Shown: positions 1-14,905, counted from the stretch's first letter. The stretch: DNA of 64,000 nt from Nemertoderma westbladi (GCA_032718475.1 JAUCBJ010008380.1:38095-102094); one strand, 5' to 3'. Numbers and translations are program-made. Notes: generated by a model from the sequence alone, not told the origin.

Positions 1-1503
1 ACCGCCCCAATGCAACCACATGTAGCGGAAATACCGCAACTTACAACCGAAACAAAATCACTGCAGCTGCAGCCCCCTGTAGGTACCAATGTACAGGTGG
101 CAACAAGTAAAAAAATATCTAAACCCGGTTCCAAAATAACTGATTCATTCACCCCAGTTGCCGCAGCCATAGGCCTTCCATCGAAACAAACAAACAATAA
201 CTACCTGATCTACCACCATCCCACCCCTATCCCCGCCCCCCGTCCACCACAAACAGCTAACAATAACATCTGCAACTCAGTATCATCTAATAGTAGTCCT
301 CGGAATCATATGCAGGTGCCCATGGCAACCACGATACTCCAGCCAACCAAGGCGCCGCCCAATAAACCCGAAACACCGAAGGCTAGTGGCGTAGACAAGC
401 AGAAAGATCCACTTAACATTTTGGACTTCCTAGACCAGACTGGAAGTCCTTTCGATAATCTCGAATTACAAACTCTTAATAATTTTCAAGAGTTGGGGAA
501 AATACTTTCTCCTCCTTTAGGACAGTTTAATATCGCAGATCAGGTTGATAACGCCGCACCGGTGCTACCAGACCCCAGACCACCGGTGCTACCGGACCCC
601 GGACGATCAGCTGCACCGGTGCTACCAGACCCCAGACTACCGGACCCCGGACAATCAGCTGCACCGGTTCTACCAGATCCCAGACGACCGAACAGCTCCC
701 CAATAACTAATTCCCACGACCTCCTAGAATACTTGCCGCAACATTCCCCCACCAGCCACGAAACCCTCCAACCCCGACTGAATCCACCTGTCTCCATGAC
801 AACTAGGCCGTCGCACGAATGGGACATCGGCGCGCGGACTTCTCGCACGGGACAACCCAGAGTGGGACGGATGAAATCCTCAAAGAGTTTCGGGGATGTA
901 TCGAGTATAGCGGACGAAGATTGGGAGAGCGAAACGATTCCGAGGCGGACAAACTCGAAGCCGCAACTCGGACGGAACCAAGTCTCCCCGCGGAACGCGG
1001 AACGGATATCCGTGGTCAACAACACGGAACGGCGGGCCAGCGTCACTGCCGCGAGCGGCTCAGGATTCCGCACCAAATACAATTCGGAATTCCCTAAACC
1101 CAATAAGATTATCCTCACCAATCCATACAGCAGTCTCTCAAACTCCCGTAAAAAGATTGTCTGTAAGTTGGTGAGTCAGACTGGGTTCCCGACTGGTCGC
1201 GTGGCTCGCGTGGTGCAGCGCCACGAACGAGGCTCGCCCCTCCAACGGATCCAGGACGAACTCTTCCTCGTTGACCATCTGGTGTCGGACGCCGGATACC
1301 CGGAGGACCTGGTGGAGGAGGCCCTACGGCACCAGGGCTCCTCGCCTGTCTGCGTCCGACGGTACATGGACCTGAGTCTGGAACTACTGAGGGACGGGTT
1401 TAAACGGGAACACATCCAGTCCTGCATACAGATCCACGGGTTGGATAGAGACAGGATTCTAGATTCCCTCTCCAATATGTCCCATATTAATATGTTTCGC
1501 TAA
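1..1503 (+). CDS. UBAP1: Ubiquitin-associated protein 1-like (ESCRT-I subunit), large 3' coding exon; N-terminus (UMA domain) presumably upstream of the window
   Basis: Frame is open from base 1 to TAA at 1501-1503. Motif DFLDQTGSPFDNLELQTLNNFQELGKIL resembles the conserved UBAP1 DF..xxPFDNLELKTI...EL..IL segment. The C-terminal ~120 aa (GFPTGRVARVV...GYPEDLVEEAL...GFKREHIQ...DRDRILDSL) has the three overlapping UBA repeats of a SOUBA domain. Confidence 0.8.
   Translation, partial: TAPMQPHVAEIPQLTTETKSLQLQPPVGTNVQVATSKKISKPGSKITDSFTPVAAAIGLPSKQTNNNYLIYHHPTPIPAPRPPQTANNNICNSVSSNSSPRNHMQVPMATTILQPTKAPPNKPETPKASGVDKQKDPLNILDFLDQTGSPFDNLELQTLNNFQELGKILSPPLGQFNIADQVDNAAPVLPDPRPPVLPDPGRSAAPVLPDPRLPDPGQSAAPVLPDPRRPNSSPITNSHDLLEYLPQHSPTSHETLQPRLNPPVSMTTRPSHEWDIGARTSRTGQPRVGRMKSSKSFGDVSSIADEDWESETIPRRTNSKPQLGRNQVSPRNAERISVVNNTERRASVTAASGSGFRTKYNSEFPKPNKIILTNPYSSLSNSRKKIVCKLVSQTGFPTGRVARVVQRHERGSPLQRIQDELFLVDHLVSDAGYPEDLVEEALRHQGSSPVCVRRYMDLSLELLRDGFKREHIQSCIQIHGLDRDRILDSLSNMSHINMFR
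555..688 (+). repeat. In-frame coding repeat (PVLPDPR/PG units) inside the UBAP1-like exon
   Basis: caccggtgctaccagaccccagac and variants occur four times; the frame is preserved. Confidence 0.85.
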
Positions 1504-1646
1504 TATTAAATCAATTACTAAATATAATATTGTTACTCATCATCGCTTGTGAATTACATTTGCAGTTTTTGAAACATTTACATTCGGAATTAATTTGTGA
1601 ATTATAAATATTTCAGTAACACAACATCCTTCACAACACTGCGGAT

Positions 1647-2023
1647 GTTTCATAGCAACGGACTTTAACTTAACCCCAAATATAATAACTTTATTTTTTC
1701 GCAATACCCTTTTGTTTTACGATGTTTTACAGCTCTTGATAAATTAAGAATGTTGAAAAGGTGAAATGTTAATAATATATAAACAAAAGTTGTAAACGAT
1801 TGTATACAATGTGGCCAGTGTTCACGTCCTTTGCCCCTCAAACAGCAATGCGTTACACTGCGGAGATCGCACGTAAAAGTTCCCGCTGCAAGTAAAACTA
1901 TTTTCATTAATTATAACTTTCTAACAGCGCACGATATCTTCCGGGCGACGAATAATTGATATGGAATTCGGAGTTAATATGTTATAAACCCGTTGCTATG
2001 ACCCTCCATGCGTTGCTAAGGAC
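1647..2023. promoter_or_regulatory. RFX X-box-like motifs, cluster 1
   Basis: GTTTCATAGCAAC (1647-1659), GTTGCTATGAC (1992) and GTTGCTAAGGAC (2012) resemble RFX sites typical of ciliary gene promoters. Confidence 0.4.
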
Positions 2024-2073
2024 GCGTCGCCACTTATTCAATCTCTTCCCGAAAAGATGTGATTTTTGCCATA

Positions 2074-2146
2074 AGGGGGCATAAAGTATGTCACGTAAGC
2101 TCGACACCCCCTCCCTAGTGCGTGAGATACTTTATGAACGCCCCCT
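2074..2146. mobile_element. Tiny MITE-like inverted-repeat remnant
   Basis: agggggc-ataaagtatgtcacg ... cgtgagatactttat-gaac-gccccct, flanked by TA on both sides. Confidence 0.35.
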
Positions 2147-2863
2147 TAACAAAAATCACCATCTTAATAAACCTGACGAGAAATAATAAATTATGCTAAT
2201 ATGTGGGTACTTTGTGGGTTTTGTGTGTAGTTATAATTAATTCACCGCTATTTATTTGAATTCCCTGTCGCCTCAACTAAACTTATTGAACTGGAAGCTT
2301 GGCGCAGCATAAATAATAATACGTAGTAGGGGCCAAACAATTTATAAAAACTAAAATACACAACTGTGATACAACTCTAAATTGCTTTCTACTTTTTTAC
2401 AAAATTTATATATACCGGGACTTTTTATCCATAACTTTTATTTTGAACTATTATATTCACTATATTAGTACCTATTCCATTCTCAATATCTTTTTAGTTA
2501 CAATAACTAAAAACTGTCCCACACATATACACATGTATCACACTTAGCAACATACATAATAAAACTGTAAACTCTGCTAATTTGTTACTCGAGATATATA
2601 ATATCATTTTAATCCGGAAAATTTACAAAATCCTGAAAAAATCTAAAATCCCCTGATTCGGGGACACACTGATGGTTTTATCTTCACTGCGGACACGACC
2701 TTTATGTAAGTACATACATATATGGATTCGCTAGTTGTACTCTACGTATATACACCCTAATTTATCGAGTTATGTCAAATATTTTTACATATTTATATAT
2801 TTATTCATTGCAACAATTATTCCAAGTCTGTGTTTCAGTATAAATTCATTTTGGTGCTGCAAA

Positions 2864-5800
2864 TTTATACAGTGCGACTGTATCTATTTATTTATACAGT
2901 GCGACTGTATATATTTATTTATACAGTGCGACTGTATATATTTATTTATACAGTGCGACTGTATATATTTATTTATACAGTGCGACTGTATATATTTATT
3001 GATACAGTGCGACTGTATATATTTATTTATACAGTGCGACTGTATATATTTATTGATACAGTGCAACTGTATATATTTATTTATACAGTGCGACTGTATA
3101 TATTTATTTATACAGTGCGACTGTATATATTTATTTATACAGTGCGACTGTATATATTTATTTATACAGTGCGACTGTATATATTTATTTATACAGTGCG
3201 ACTGTATATATTTATTTATACAGTGCGACTGTATATATTTATTTATACAGTGCGACTGTATATATTTATTTATACAGTGCGACTGTATATATTTATTGAT
3301 ACAGTGCGACTGTATATATTTATTTATACAGTGCGACTGTATATATTTATTTATACAGTGCGACTGTATATATTTATTTATACAGTGCGACTGTATATAT
3401 TTATTTATACAGTGCGACTGTATATATTTATTTATACAGTGCGACTGTATATATTTATTTATACAGTGCGACTGTATATATTTATTGATACAGTGCGACT
3501 GTATATATTTATTTATACAGTGCGACTGTATATATTTATTGATACAGTGCGACTGTATATATTTATTTATACAGTGCGACTGTATATATTTATTTATACA
3601 GTGCGACTGTATATATTTATTTATACAGTGCGACTGTATATATTTATTGATACAGTGCGACTGTATATATTTATTTATACAGTGCGACTGTATATATTTA
3701 TTGATACAGTGCGACTGTATATATTTATTTATACAGTGCGACTGTATATATTTATTTATACAGTGCGACTGTATATATTTATTTATACAGTGCGACTGTA
3801 TATATTTATTTATACAGTGCGACTGTATATATTTATTTATACAGTGCGACTGTATATATTTATTTATACAGTGCGACTGTATATATTTATTGATACAGTG
3901 CGACTGTATATATTTATTTATACAGTGCGACTGTATATATTTATTGATACAGTGCGACTGTATATATTTATTTATACAGTGCGACTGTATATATTTATTT
4001 ATACAGTGCGACTGTATATATTTATTTATACAGTGCGACTGTATATATTTATTTATACAGTGCGACTGTATATATTTATTTATACAGTGCGACTGTATAT
4101 ATTTATTTATACAGTGCGACTGTATATATTTATTTATACAGTGCGACTGTATATATTTATTTATACAGTGCGACTGTATATATTTATTTATACAGTGCGA
4201 CTGTATATATTTATTGATACAGTGCGACTGTATATATTTATTTATACAGTGCGACTGTATATATTTATTTATACAGTGCGACTGTATATATTTATTTATA
4301 CAGTGCGACTGTATATATTTATTTATACAGTGCAACTGTATATATTTATTTATACAGTGCGACTGTATATATTTATTTATACAGTGCGACTGTATATATT
4401 TATTTATACAGTGCGACTGTATATATTTATTTATACAGTGCGACTGTATATATTTATTTATACAGTGCAACTGTATATATTTATTTATACAGTGCGACTG
4501 TATATATTTATTTATACAGTGCGACTGTATATATTTATTTATACAGTGCGACTGTATATATTTATTTATACAGTGCGACTGTATATATTTATTTATACAG
4601 TGCGACTGTATATATTTATTTATACAGTGCGACTGTATATATTTATTGATACAGTGCGACTGTATATATTTATTTATACAGTGCGACTGTATATATTTAT
4701 TTATACAGTGCGACTGTATATATTTATTTATACAGTGCGACTGTATATATTTATTTATACAGTGCGACTGTATATATTTATTTATACAGTGCGACTGTAT
4801 ATATTTATTTATACAGTGCAACTGTATATATTTATTTATACAGTGCGACTGTATATATTTATTTATACAGTGCGACTGTATATATTTATTTATACAGTGC
4901 GACTGTATATATTTATTGATACAGTGCGACTGTATATATTTATTTATACAGTGCAACTGTATATATTTATTTATACAGTGCGACTGTATATATTTATTTA
5001 TACAGTGCGACTGTATATATTTATTTATACAGTGCGACTGTATATATTTATTTATACAGTGCAACTGTATATATTTATTTATACAGTGCGACTGTATATA
5101 TTTATTTATACAGTGCGACTGTATATATTTATTTATACAGTGCGACTGTATATATTTATTGATACAGTGCGACTGTATATATTTATTTATACAGTGCAAC
5201 TGTATATATTTATTTATACAGTGCGACTGTATATATTTATTTATACAGTGCGACTGTATATATTTATTTATACAGTGCGACTGTATATATTTATTTATAC
5301 AGTGCGACTGTATATATTTATTTATACAGTGCGACTGTATATATTTATTTATACAGTGCGACTGTATATATTTATTGATACAGTGCGACTGTATATATTT
5401 ATTTATACAGTGCGACTGTATATATTTATTTATACAGTGCGACTGTATATATTTATTTATACAGTGCGACTGTATATATTTATTTATACAGTGCGACTGT
5501 ATATATTTATTGATACAGTGCGACTGTATATATTTATTTATACAGTGCAACTGTATATATTTATTTATACAGTGCGACTGTATATATTTATTTATACAGT
5601 GCGACTGTATATATTTATTTATACAGTGCGACTGTATATATTTATTTATACAGTGCGACTGTATATATTTATTTATACAGTGCGACTGTATATATTTATT
5701 TATACAGTGCGACTGTATATATTTATTTATACAGTGCGACTGTATATATTTATTTATACAGTGCGACTGTATATATTTATTGATACAGTGCGACTGTATA

Positions 5801-8800
5801 TATTTATTTATACAGTGCGACTGTATATATTTATTTATACAGTGCGACTGTATATATTTATTTATACAGTGCGACTGTATATATTTATTTATACAGTGCG
5901 ACTGTATATATTTATTTATACAGTGCGACTGTATATATTTATTGATACAGTGCGACTGTATATATTTATTTATACAGTGCGACTGTATATATTTATTTAT
6001 ACAGTGCGACTGTATATATTTATTGATACAGTGCGACTGTATATATTTATTGATACAGTGCAACTGTATATATTTATTGATACAGTGCGACTGTATATAT
6101 TTATTGATACAGTGCGACTGTATATATTTATTGATACAGTGCAACTGTATATATTTATTGATACAGTGCGACTGTATATATTTATTGATACAGTGCGACT
6201 GTATATATTTATTGATACAGTGCAACTGTATATATTTATTGATACAGTGCGACTGTATATATTTATTGATACAGTGCGACTGTATATATTTATTGATACA
6301 GTGCAACTGTATATATTTATTGATACAGTGCGACTGTATATATTTATTGATACAGTGCGACTGTATATATTTATTGATACAGTGCGACTGTATATATTTA
6401 TTGATACAGTGCGACTGTATATATTTATTGATACAGTGCAACTGTATATATTTATTGATACAGTGCGACTGTATATATTTATTGATACAGTGCGACTGTA
6501 TATATTTATTGATACAGTGCAACTGTATATATTTATTGATACAGTGCAACTGTATATATTTATTGATACAGTGCGACTGTATATATTTATTGATACAGTG
6601 CGACTGTATATATTTATTGATACAGTGCGACTGTATATATTTATTGATACAGTGCAACTGTATATATTTATTGATACAGTGCGACTGTATATATTTATTG
6701 ATACAGTGCAACTGTATATATTTATTGATACAGTGCGACTGTATATATTTATTGATACAGTGCGACTGTATATATTTATTGATACAGTGCAACTGTATAT
6801 ATTTATTGATACAGTGCGACTGTATATATTTATTGATACAGTGCGACTGTATATATTTATTGATACAGTGCGACTGTATATATTTATTGATACAGTGCGA
6901 CTGTATATATTTATTGATACAGTGCAACTGTATATATTTATTGATACAGTGCAACTGTATATATTTATTGATACAGTGCGACTGTATATATTTATTGATA
7001 CAGTGCAACTGTATATATTTATTGATACAGTGCGACTGTATATATTTATTGATACAGTGCAACTGTATATATTTATTGATACAGTGCGACTGTATATATT
7101 TATTGATACAGTGCAACTGTATATATTTATTGATACAGTGCGACTGTATATATTTATTGATACAGTGCAACTGTATATATTTATTGATACAGTGCGACTG
7201 TATATATTTATTGATACAGTGCGACTGTATATATTTATTTATACAGTGCAACTGTATATATTTATTTATACAGTGCGACTGTATATATTTATTGATACAG
7301 TGCGACTGTATATATTTATTTATACAGTGCGACTGTATATATTTATTTATACAGTGCGACTGTATATATTTATTTATACAGTGCGACTGTATATATTTAT
7401 TTATACAGTGCGACTGTATATATTTATTTATACAGTGCGACTGTATATATTTATTTATACAGTGCGACTGTATATATTTATTTATACAGTGCGACTGTAT
7501 ATATTTATTTATACAGTGCGACTGTATATATTTATTTATACAGTGCGACTGTATATATTTATTGATACAGTGCGACTGTATATATTTATTTATACAGTGC
7601 GACTGTATATATTTATTTATACAGTGCGACTGTATATATTTATTTATACAGTGCGACTGTATATATTTATTTATACAGTGCGACTGTATATATTTATTGA
7701 TACAGTGCGACTGTATATATTTATTTATACAGTGCGACTGTATATATTTATTGATACAGTGCGACTGTATATATTTATTTATACAGTGCGACTGTATATA
7801 TTTATTTATACAGTGCGACTGTATATATTTATTTATACAGTGCGACTGTATATATTTATTTATACAGTGCGACTGTATATATTTATTGATACAGTGCGAC
7901 TGTATATATTTATTTATACAGTGCAACTGTATATATTTATTTATACAGTGCGACTGTATATATTTATTGATACAGTGCGACTGTATATATTTATTGATAC
8001 AGTGCAACTGTATATATTTATTGATACAGTGCGACTGTATATATTTATTTATACAGTGCAACTGTATATATTTATTGATACAGTGCGACTGTATATATTT
8101 ATTTATACAGTGCGACTGTATATATTTATTTATACAGTGCGACTGTATATATTTATTTATACAGTGCGACTGTATATATTTATTGATACAGTGCAACTGT
8201 ATATATTTATTTATACAGTGCGACTGTATATATTTATTTATACAGTGCGACTGTATATATTTATTTATACAGTGCGACTGTATATATTTATTGATACAGT
8301 GCGACTGTATATATTTATTTATACAGTGCAACTGTATATATTTATTTATACAGTGCCACTGTATATATTTATTTATACAGTGCAACTGTATATATTTATT
8401 GATACAGTGCAACTGTATATATTTATTTATACAGTGCGACTGTATATATTTATTTATACAGTGCGACTGTATATATTTATTTATACAGTGCGACTGTATA
8501 TATTTATTTATACAGTGCGACTGTATATATTTATTTATACAGTGCGACTGTATATATTTATTTATACAGTGCGACTGTATATATTTATTTATACAGTGCG
8601 ACTGTATATATTTATTTATACAGTGCGACTGTATATATTTATTGATACAGTGCGACTGTATATATTTATTTATACAGTGCAACTGTATATATTTATTTAT
8701 ACAGTGCGACTGTATATATTTATTTATACAGTGCGACTGTATATATTTATTTATACAGTGCGACTGTATATATTTATTGATACAGTGCGACTGTATATAT

Positions 8801-11656
8801 TTATTTATACAGTGCAACTGTATATATTTATTTATACAGTGCGACTGTATATATTTATTGATACAGTGCGACTGTATATATTTATTTATACAGTGCGACT
8901 GTATATATTTATTTATACAGTGCGACTGTATATATTTATTTATACAGTGCGACTGTATATATTTATTTATACAGTGCGACTGTATATATTTATTTATACA
9001 GTGCAACTGTATATATTTATTTATACAGTGCGACTGTATATATTTATTGATACAGTGCGACTGTATATATTTATTTATACAGTGCAACTGTATATATTTA
9101 TTTATACAGTGCGACTGTATATATTTATTTATACAGTGCGACTGTATATATTTATTTATACAGTGCGACTGTATATATTTATTGATACAGTGCGACTGTA
9201 TATATTTATTTATACAGTGCGACTGTATATATTTATTTATACAGTGCGACTGTATATATTTATTTATACAGTGCGACTGTATATATTTATTGATACAGTG
9301 CGACTGTATATATTTATTTATACAGTGCAACTGTATATATTTATTTATACAGTGCGACTGTATATATTTATTTATACAGTGCGACTGTATATATTTATTT
9401 ATACAGTGCGACTGTATATATTTATTGATACAGTGCAACTGTATATATTTATTGATACAGTGCGACTGTATATATTTATTTATACAGTGCGACTGTATAT
9501 ATTTATTGATACAGTGCGACTGTATATATTTATTTATACAGTGCGACTGTATATATTTATTTATACAGTGCGACTGTATATATTTATTTATACAGTGCGA
9601 CTGTATATATTTATTGATACAGTGCAACTGTATATATTTATTGATACAGTGCGACTGTATATATTTATTTATACAGTGCGACTGTATATATTTATTGATA
9701 CAGTGCAACTGTATATATTTATTTATACAGTGCGACTGTATATATTTATTTATACAGTGCGACTGTATATATTTATTTATACAGTGCGACTGTATATATT
9801 TATTGATACAGTGCGACTGTATATATTTATTGATACAGTGCGACTGTATATATTTATTTATACAGTGCAACTGTATATATTTATTTATACAGTGCGACTG
9901 TATATATTTATTTATACAGTGCGACTGTATATATTTATTTATACAGTGCGACTGTATATATTTATTGATACAGTGCAACTGTATATATTTATTGATACAG
10001 TGCGACTGTATATATTTATTTATACAGTGCGACTGTATATATTTATTGATACAGTGCAACTGTATATATTTATTGATACAGTGCGACTGTATATATTTAT
10101 TTATACAGTGCGACTGTATATATTTATTGATACAGTGCGACTGTATATATTTATTGATACAGTGCAACTGTATATATTTATTGATACAGTGCGACTGTAT
10201 ATATTTATTTATACAGTGCGACTGTATATATTTATTTATACAGTGCGACTGTATATATTTATTGATACAGTGCAACTGTATATATTTATTGATACAGTGC
10301 GACTGTATATATTTATTTATACAGTGCGACTGTATATATTTATTGATACAGTGCAACTGTATATATTTATTTATACAGTGCGACTGTATATATTTATTTA
10401 TACAGTGCGACTGTATATATTTATTTATACAGTGCGACTGTATATATTTATTGATACAGTGCAACTGTATATATTTATTGATACAGTGCGACTGTATATA
10501 TTTATTTATACAGTGCAACTGTATATATTTATTTATACAGTGCGACTGTATATATTTATTTATACAGTGCGACTGTATATATTTATTTATACAGTGCGAC
10601 TGTATATATTTATTTATACAGTGCGACTGTATATATTTATTTATACAGTGCGACTGTATATATTTATTGATACAGTGCAACTGTATATATTTATTTATAC
10701 AGTGCGACTGTATATATTTATTTATACAGTGCGACTGTATATATTTATTTATACAGTGCGACTGTATATATTTATTGATACAGTGCGACTGTATATATTT
10801 ATTGATACAGTGCGACTGTATATATTTATTTATACAGTGCAACTGTATATATTTATTTATACAGTGCGACTGTATATATTTATTTATACAGTGCGACTGT
10901 ATATATTTATTTATACAGTGCGACTGTATATATTTATTTATACAGTGCGACTGTATATATTTATTTATACAGTGCGACTGTATATATTTATTGATACAGT
11001 GCAACTGTATATATTTATTGATACAGTGCGACTGTATATATTTATTTATACAGTGCAACTGTATATATTTATTTATACAGTGCGACTGTATATATTTATT
11101 TATACAGTGCGACTGTATATATTTATTGATACAGTGCGACTGTATATATTTATTGATACAGTGCGACTGTATATATTTATTGATACAGTGCGACTGTATA
11201 TATTTATTTATACAGTGCGACTGTATATATTTATTTATACAGTGCGACTGTATATATTTATTGATACAGTGCAACTGTATATATTTATTGATACAGTGCG
11301 ACTGTATATATTTATTTATACAGTGCGACTGTATATATTTATTGATACAGTGCAACTGTATATATTTATTGATACAGTGCGACTGTATATATTTATTTAT
11401 ACAGTGCGACTGTATATATTTATTGATACAGTGCGACTGTATATATTTATTGATACAGTGCGACTGTATATATTTATTGATACAGTGCGACTGTATATAT
11501 TTATTTATACAGTGCGACTGTATATATTTATTGATACAGTGCGACTGTATATATTTATTGATACAGTGCGACTGTATATATTTATTGATACAGTGCAACT
11601 GTATATATTTATTGATACAGTGCGACTGTATATATTTATTGATACAGTGCAACTGT
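2864..11656. repeat. 27-bp minisatellite, about 325 copies, consensus TTTATACAGTGCGACTGTATATATTTA
   Basis: Uninterrupted 27-bp period with only two recurrent variable sites. Each unit contains the inverted repeat TATACAGT-GCG-ACTGTATA. Confidence 0.99.
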
Positions 11657-11993
11657 TTTTACATATGGTTGGATCTCCGATCCTATTAAGCCCTTCTTTT
11701 TAATTACATTTTTGGCAATTATTGTTGTTTTCCATAGAATTAATTGTTTTCCTTTCGATCTATTTAGTTTTTTTATATAAGTAATATTATATTGTAATAT
11801 TGTTTCTGATATTATATTTACTAAATATTACTCGTAATTTAATATTATTCTAATCTGTAAACTTGAACTTGTGCTTGAAATATTATTTATGGTGCATTCA
11901 ATATTCATGGTTTTTATATCCTTGGTTATATCGGTAAGTCATATTGGTTGTATATGCTCGGTGTTCATTATATCAAGTACAATGAACTGAAAA

Positions 11994-12896
11994 CATCTTC
12001 AACCAGACACTAAGCATTATAGGTGATGGATTGGTTCCCCCAAGTTTGGCACTTAAACAGAGCCGCATCCGCTTCACAGGACATTGCTTTCCTTGTGAAG
12101 ACCATCGCAGGACAATCTTGTGCTTTGGGGGCCTCATGGAGAAAATAAGTGCGGTGGACAGCCCCTGACTTTTTTAAGAAACCTCTTAGAGAACTGTCTT
12201 TGAAATATATACTTTATCGATGAACCGTCATAGCATTCTTAATGCAAGCCCCAATGCAGATACCGATTATAGATAGCCTGCTGCGGCCTGCTGTATTGTA
12301 GCTGCACATAAATATAGTGTCTGGTTGGAGATGTGTGCATTGAACTTGACACAGTGAACCCGGCGTAGCATTCTTGTGAATGTGCCATCCAGAGATTTGT
12401 GTTGCCCTCAGCAGTTAGAGCCCAGCATGGACTCCCATAGAGGAGTACTGGAACTACTGCTGCTCTAAATAATCGGTAGAACATAGTCAACAACAATTAT
12501 GAACGAACAAGAATGGTGCAAGTTTGTCTCATTGGAGGACACCCCATAACACTTCAAATGGTTCTGTGTCACCGTCAACAGTAGACACAAATGTTGTCAA
12601 ACCATCGTATACTGATCTGATTGCTGCAATAATTTCATCAGGAATCCCATATAATGAAAGTATGCTGAACATACGTGAGCGAGAGACTGAATCAAAGGCC
12701 TTGAAGAAGTCAACAAAGATAACAGCCAGATGCCTGTCTTTCTTTTTTGATAACTCTTCAATTATCCTTCTAAGTGCCAAAATGGGCTCCATGGTCCCAC
12801 GACCTTTACGGAACCCATTCTGATTTCCACGGAGCAGTCTCTCAATGGGATCCCTGATGCGATTTAATAGAATTCTATTGAGATTCCCCGAAAAGA
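11994..12896. pseudogene. Rearranged RTE-clade LINE relics: a diverged + strand 3' end (~11994-12268) followed by - strand RT fragments (~12312-12896) of the same family as 15669-17404
   Basis: The - strand translations RILLNRIRDPIERLLRGNQNGFRKGR...EVLWGVLQ and RLFRAAVVPVLLYGSPCWALTAE are nearly identical to the ORF at 15651-17360. The + part matches its 3' end with many substitutions. Confidence 0.9.
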
Positions 12897-13210
12897 TAGT
12901 ACTGTCTAGGTATAGGGGTGTAAAAAAATCTGACACCGTATGTATTCAAAATAATGCATATTTCCTTTGCCTGTCTGCTGTCCGAGCCCATGTAAAGTAG
13001 GCTATTCTAGGTTTTCACTAAAAATCCGCAGGTTGCAGACTTCCAGAATCATAACAAAACAATAAACGAATTATTATCTGTACAGGTTACAGGATAGCAA
13101 TAAGCGCTATGAATTACCGTATTTCTTCGAATAAACGCTCCCTTCTATATCATATTAATACCCCCAATAAGTCTATAAAAATATATTGTGAGGATTACTT
13201 TCAATTTCCC

Positions 13211-13652
13211 GTTTCTATCCTTAGCAACATGGATTTACATAGCAACAAGGCAACTAATTGGTTGTGTTTTCTCCAAATGTGGTGTAGACAAACTTTACTC
13301 GTATACATATATTATTTTATATTACTCGCATATATATACTGTAGAAAGAAAGAGAGAAATACACCGCACCATTAATTAACTTTAATAATAAAATTTATGT
13401 AAAAAATAATGAGAGGGCGGGGTGGGTGGTAATGCGTTTTTTTGCCATTGGAACAGCAATAGCGAAGCTAGTGTAGCTGGTTCCAATGGCTTTATTATTC
13501 TTGAGATGGGGAGGTGGTTTGTGGGGGGGTGCAGTCTGTACAAAATTTGGATATAGATAGTAATAATTATAATTCTGGGCTTTTTACTCTAATGACTATC
13601 GATTGACCGAGTATGGACTTCTAGATATTACCAGTTTAGTTTCCAGAGCAAC
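13211..13652. promoter_or_regulatory. RFX X-box-like motifs, cluster 2, about 1-1.4 kb upstream of the dynein ATG
   Basis: CCTTAGCAAC (13219), CATAGCAAC (13238) and GTTTCCAGAGCAAC (13639-13652). Confidence 0.4.
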
Positions 13653-14633
13653 GGAAATTTGTCTAATCATTTAACAATACAATACAGGGAGCTTATTTAC
13701 ACAATTTCTACTGTATATTAAACGTGTGGATGTAACCTCGCCCATCGGATTTGTCGTCCTCAAAAAACCATATCCCCAAAAAATTATATTTGTTATACTG
13801 TATTATAAACTATTGTGGTTATTCAACTAAAACAAATAAATAAATTACACCTAAAATCAATGGAGCAATCACTCTTTTATTGTGAAAAATTCACTAACTG
13901 AGAAATTCACTAACATTAATGGGAATTATGAAATTTCCTTGCAGTGGAATTGTATATTTTATTACATTAGTTACCTTATATCGTGACATTTTTTAAATAT
14001 TTAAAAATTTGATGTGACTTCTAGTTACCGAGATATGCAATTAATGTGTAACACGCCAGTGTAAATATTACTAATTTCCAATTGAATCACAGCTTCTGTA
14101 TTGTGAAATTAATTAAATTATTCTGGAACATCACCAATTTGCTACTTACTCTTCCCTACTGTTCCTTTTGTTTGGCTTTGTGTTATGCAAATTTACCCAT
14201 AATTTCATTTCATAAATAAAACATCTGCATTTGTGAGATGCTAAACTGAAACATAATGGTTTATTGTGTTGGCTTATTTGTAACAGGTCGTTAGTGATAT
14301 TTATCGGTGTTATTAATGAGCTGTGATAAACTGCTACTAATATAGTACGTAATTGATCATTGATCAACCCACAGCCGCTGTTAACAACTAAGAACAACAT
14401 CTCCAATAATGGAATATATTTCAATTTGCAACCATAGCAACAATAAACTCTTCTGGAATACAAGCATATGGGTGAAAGTTACAACACTTTTACCACTACG
14501 CACTAATTACATTTTATAAACAGTTTAATATTTAGAATTACCGGTACCGCACACAGAAACTGATACAGGTACACGGGCTGATTTACCGGTGGTTTATTAT
14601 TAATAGGGCCTACTCTGTACACAGTTTATTAAG

Positions 14634-14905
14634 ATGTCGGAAGGGGGGCCAGTCACTCCTGTTGAACCGTCGCCCACCGGTTCAAGGACGTCCGTATTGG
14701 CCGAGGACCTTACCCCGATAGCCTCTTCCCATCGCAGCGCTATTCCCAGTTCCAATAGACGCGGTAGTGCATCTACGGCTGCGGTGTCGGCTGGGGATGA
14801 GCATGGACCCGGACCCGGTCTCTATAACCGCGCCCTCCGCTCTAGTAAACGGCGCAGACAACATGCCTTACGAACAGTCTCTATCTTCTCAATGAAAGCC
14901 GACAG
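14634..14905 (+). CDS. DNAH5: Axonemal outer-arm dynein heavy chain (DNAH5/DNAH8-type), probable coding exon 1
   Basis: ATG at 14634 in a GC-rich ORF; donor AG|GTCAGT at 14906; phase 2 joins the next exon in frame. The low-complexity N-terminus is not recognisable by itself. Confidence 0.65.

Noticed and set aside
2735-11703. Three ~2900-aa ORFs (CDCIYLFIQ, TVRLYIFIY and HCINKYIQS repeats)
   Set aside because: They are a by-product of a stop-free 27-bp unit: open in several frames on both strands, non-ATG starts, no unique domains.
13444-13490. GCCATTGGAAC...GTTCCAATGGC hairpin as a Helentron/DINE-like end or an RNA gene
   Set aside because: No matching other end or recognisable RNA fold was found; support is too weak.
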